This document shows, piece after piece, positions 55,301-64,000 of a stretch of 64,000 nucleotides of DNA. Position 1 is the stretch's first letter; each line of letters begins with the position of its first letter. Both the position numbers and the translations under genes were made by a program. The stretch is from Auanema rhodensis (lineage: Eukaryota > Animalia > Nematoda), in contig OZ059895.1 of assembly GCA_964057225.1 (NCBI GenBank), forward strand, positions 7,688,001 to 7,752,000, written 5' to 3'. The notes beneath the pieces were generated by a model. That model saw nothing but the letters and a program-made list of their open reading frames with translations, was not told the DNA's origin and ran no database searches.

Positions 55301-55975
55301 AAAGAACGATCAAATGCCGCACGTGCACGTGATGATGCATCTGAAAATGAAAGGTAAAATTTTAGTTTTTTTTTTTTTAATAAAAAAAAGTTTAACATAT
55401 CATATATCATATTTATTATTTTCAGTCTATCATCATCGGTTGAAGATCCAACTACTGATTCTCCTGCAAAAGACTGTTATATTGGTAAATCTAAAAGTTC
55501 ACCACATCGCTTATCTAATCGAACTGCTTCACCTTGTAGAGAAGGTTAGCAGCATCATCATCCATTTTTAAATATTTTATTTTACAGAATCAATTACATC
55601 ATCAATAGCTATGACGGGTATGCAATCAACCAAACTAGCAACAATTCCTGATTATGGTCCATATATTCGTATTATTATTGGACTTCTAGCCGGCTTAGTA
55701 TTTTTACATATACTCTTAATTATACGTATTAGTTGGATTGAGCCGAATACCGGGCTACATGAAGAGATGTCTCAATTTATTAGAAGGTAAATTACATTTA
55801 TCATACAAATTAACTTTACTGATAATTTGATTATAGAATGTCATCACCGAGTTCTTTCAACGTCTTGCCTACAGCATCTAGCACCGATTCCAAAATGTTG
55901 GAATCCCTTCTTGATACAGTTAGTCAATTAGCAGCTGATCTTCAAAAATTGAAACAACAACGTGATGAGCTGTAA
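37410..55975 (+). CDS. GRAM + VASt (StART-like) domain ER membrane protein, Aster/GRAMD1/Lam family, with alternative 5' exons
   Basis: GRAM (FSCAYQREILCQGRMYISQRHVCFHANILGWET...FFASF, 48573-49017), VASt (53980-55350; SGVPYADHFTV), TM helix IIIGLLAGLVFLHILLII, stop TAA 55973-55975. The core from 47763 is solid; the 5'-most exon 37410-37522 is tentative. Confidence 0.85.
44351..44420. repeat. (CT)n microsatellite in GRAM-gene intron
   Basis: CT run; similar tracts near 44770-44910, 49331-49400 and 50205-50230. Confidence 0.9.
54445..54910 (+). mobile_element. Mariner (DD34D) transposon remnant in a GRAM-gene intron
   Basis: Left TIR tattaggtggttcaattgaaatgt at 54445. Transposase fragment LHDNARPHCCAKAQETLLELDWDVF/HPPYYSDLAPTDFHPFKSMEHSLKGQTF (about 54690-54905) with a 1-nt frameshift near 54809; restoring the frame gives D-34-D spacing. 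Confidence 0.9.
54915..55015. repeat. Nested near-perfect palindromes built from GTTCACGTGAAC
   Basis: 54915-54938 and 54962-55015 are each almost self-complementary. Confidence 0.85.
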
Positions 55976-56378
55976 GCTCACACGATTGAAGATTAGATAT
56001 GACGGGTATTCAGCAAGCTGCTGCGTCAGAATATCTGACGGTACACAGTCTCACGCATCATTGATTTTTTTTTAATTTTCCAAACCATACTGGCTAGATG
56101 CTTACACATACACATATATAACATAGTTATCCATTCTTCTCACAGTTATTTCTTTTACAAAACATTTTTGCTTCTATTCATTTTCTATATATATATATAT
56201 ATTTAGCTCACTTTGATATAAATTCACTTCATAGCTTAATTTTTTTTATTTTATTAACATTCCAATGTGTGTTTTATTTTTCTAAATCATCATATAGTAT
56301 AATTCATATGTTCCATTTTTATTATTATTTTATATATATTTTGTAATGGAAATATACAAAAATCTTGTTTTTTTATTC

Positions 56379-56412
<34 letters not shown>

Positions 56413-57982
56413 ATGTGTGGTTAAAACATGCATTTTGTTATATTATTATTATTTATTTTAGTTTAGTTATTCAGCTTAGTTTATTATACTATGCAAAGCC
56501 TGTAGAATATCGTCAAACATTGCCGATTCATGGATATTATCATTATATAAATATGTAGAAAAACAAAACAAAACAACAAAGATTTTGATTATTGTGATAA
56601 ACTTCTAAATTACAAAATCTTTTTCAATTTCTTTATATTTTTCTTTCTTTCACTTTATAAACAAATATATCCATATTTTGCTGGTATTTCCTTTTTTTTT
56701 TGTTAATTCATATATATGTATAGTATACAATTTATTGAAAATCTTTGTCTGTGTCCTTATCGTTGTACTGTAACTTGGTTACATATAAAATATTATTATA
56801 ATATTATGTTTTTTTATTTTAAAAATTAAATATTATCAAGTTTTTTTGATAGAAACTTTTTATAACTTTTATTACGTCAAATGTGCAAAATAATTTTAAA
56901 TTATTAATTATTTAAAGTGTTCTATATGAACGTATTGGACAGATGTATATAGCCTAATCTATTTTTTTAAATTAAAATAATAAAATGACGTCAATAATTC
57001 TATAATAAAACACATTTTTTATAATTTAAATTATTATAATAATTTATATTTTAATTTTTGAATAAAAACAATACTGAAAAAGGTTTCGTATTAAAAGTTA
57101 TAACATTATCTTAATTATGTGAATAATTAATTAAAATATTTAGAAAATAAATTGAATTATTCAATTTACAGAAGCTGTGTTAGTTTTCTAAATACAAATA
57201 TGATTCTCCAAACCGTATTGTTATTGCTCACCTGACCTCAATTCAATGAACTATTCTATTTGGGAATTGTTTCAATCAAACATAGAGAAATAACATTTCA
57301 ATAGTTTGGAATTTCTGAAGCTAGCTTTGATCAAAGTATAAGATGAAATACATAGATGAGGAATACCTGTGGTCAACAATTGTTAAAAAGAGATTAACTG
57401 TTGCAACTAAAGCAATAGGACATCATATTACTTTTTCTAATAAAAAACAAAAAAATAAAAAAGTGTTTGAAATAAAAATTTATTTGTTTCTTTCTGTGTA
57501 TAAACTGAAACAATGAACAAGCAGGTGCCGGCGTCAGGCACATATCAGACATTCTTTGACCCCCCGATCAAATGAATGAATTGAATATGTGACTTACTAA
57601 TACAAAAATTTAAATAAAAAAAAGGAAAAAAAAACATAAAAAGGGATAATAATGACAATAATATAGAATAGTTAAAACATCTAGTTCTATATTATTCTAA
57701 ATTATGTTCTTATATTTTGATTTTGGTTCGTATGAATATAAATATAATATATATATATACTATGTATATATATTATATATTATATCATATAGTAAAAGAT
57801 GATGATGACCTACACGTCGTTATTCTTATATATATAAGCTATAATATCTAATTTTGAATCAAATTATGTGGGTAAAGGTACATGAAATATGGCAGTTAAG
57901 GTGTGCAACAATTGAAAATCTTTTCATAGGATCAAAAATAATAAAAAGAAAAAGAAGAAAATATATTCAGTGCATAGAATAA

Positions 57983-64000
<6,018 letters not shown>

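Overview
AT-rich eukaryotic genomic DNA, almost certainly from a nematode: introns are mostly 40-55 nt, there are TTTCAG/TTTAG acceptors just before start codons, and it carries unc-89-, zhp- and DUF236-type genes. All genes are spliced, so the supplied ORF track only catches exon fragments; the models below were assembled by hand from splice sites and reading frames. The window has three parts. (1) 1-14 kb is gene-poor and microsatellite-rich, with probable 5' exons of a minus-strand gene running off the left edge and an internally deleted mariner. (2) 14.2-35.8 kb is very dense, with 14 genes: RING/B-box TRIM-like, ZHP/RNF212-like RING, DUF236 membrane protein, two convergent three-finger/Ly6-like paralogues, MALSU1, PPIL3, TTBK/CK1 kinase, CHMP1, ETFB, TBCCD1-like, Acinus, RAD54 and SNX3. 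(3) 37-64 kb holds a long GRAM-VASt (Aster/GRAMD1) gene with alternative first exons and an intronic mariner relic, plus the 3' part of unc-89/obscurin. The top finding is that the apparent mitochondrial presequence of MALSU1 is encoded in the +1 frame of the last two coding exons of the cyclophilin PPIL3 (about 116 nt dual-coding, sharing an intron). A splice donor and an intronic AATGAA lie right after the PPIL3 stop, which suggests mutually exclusive processing of one pre-mRNA into two unrelated proteins.
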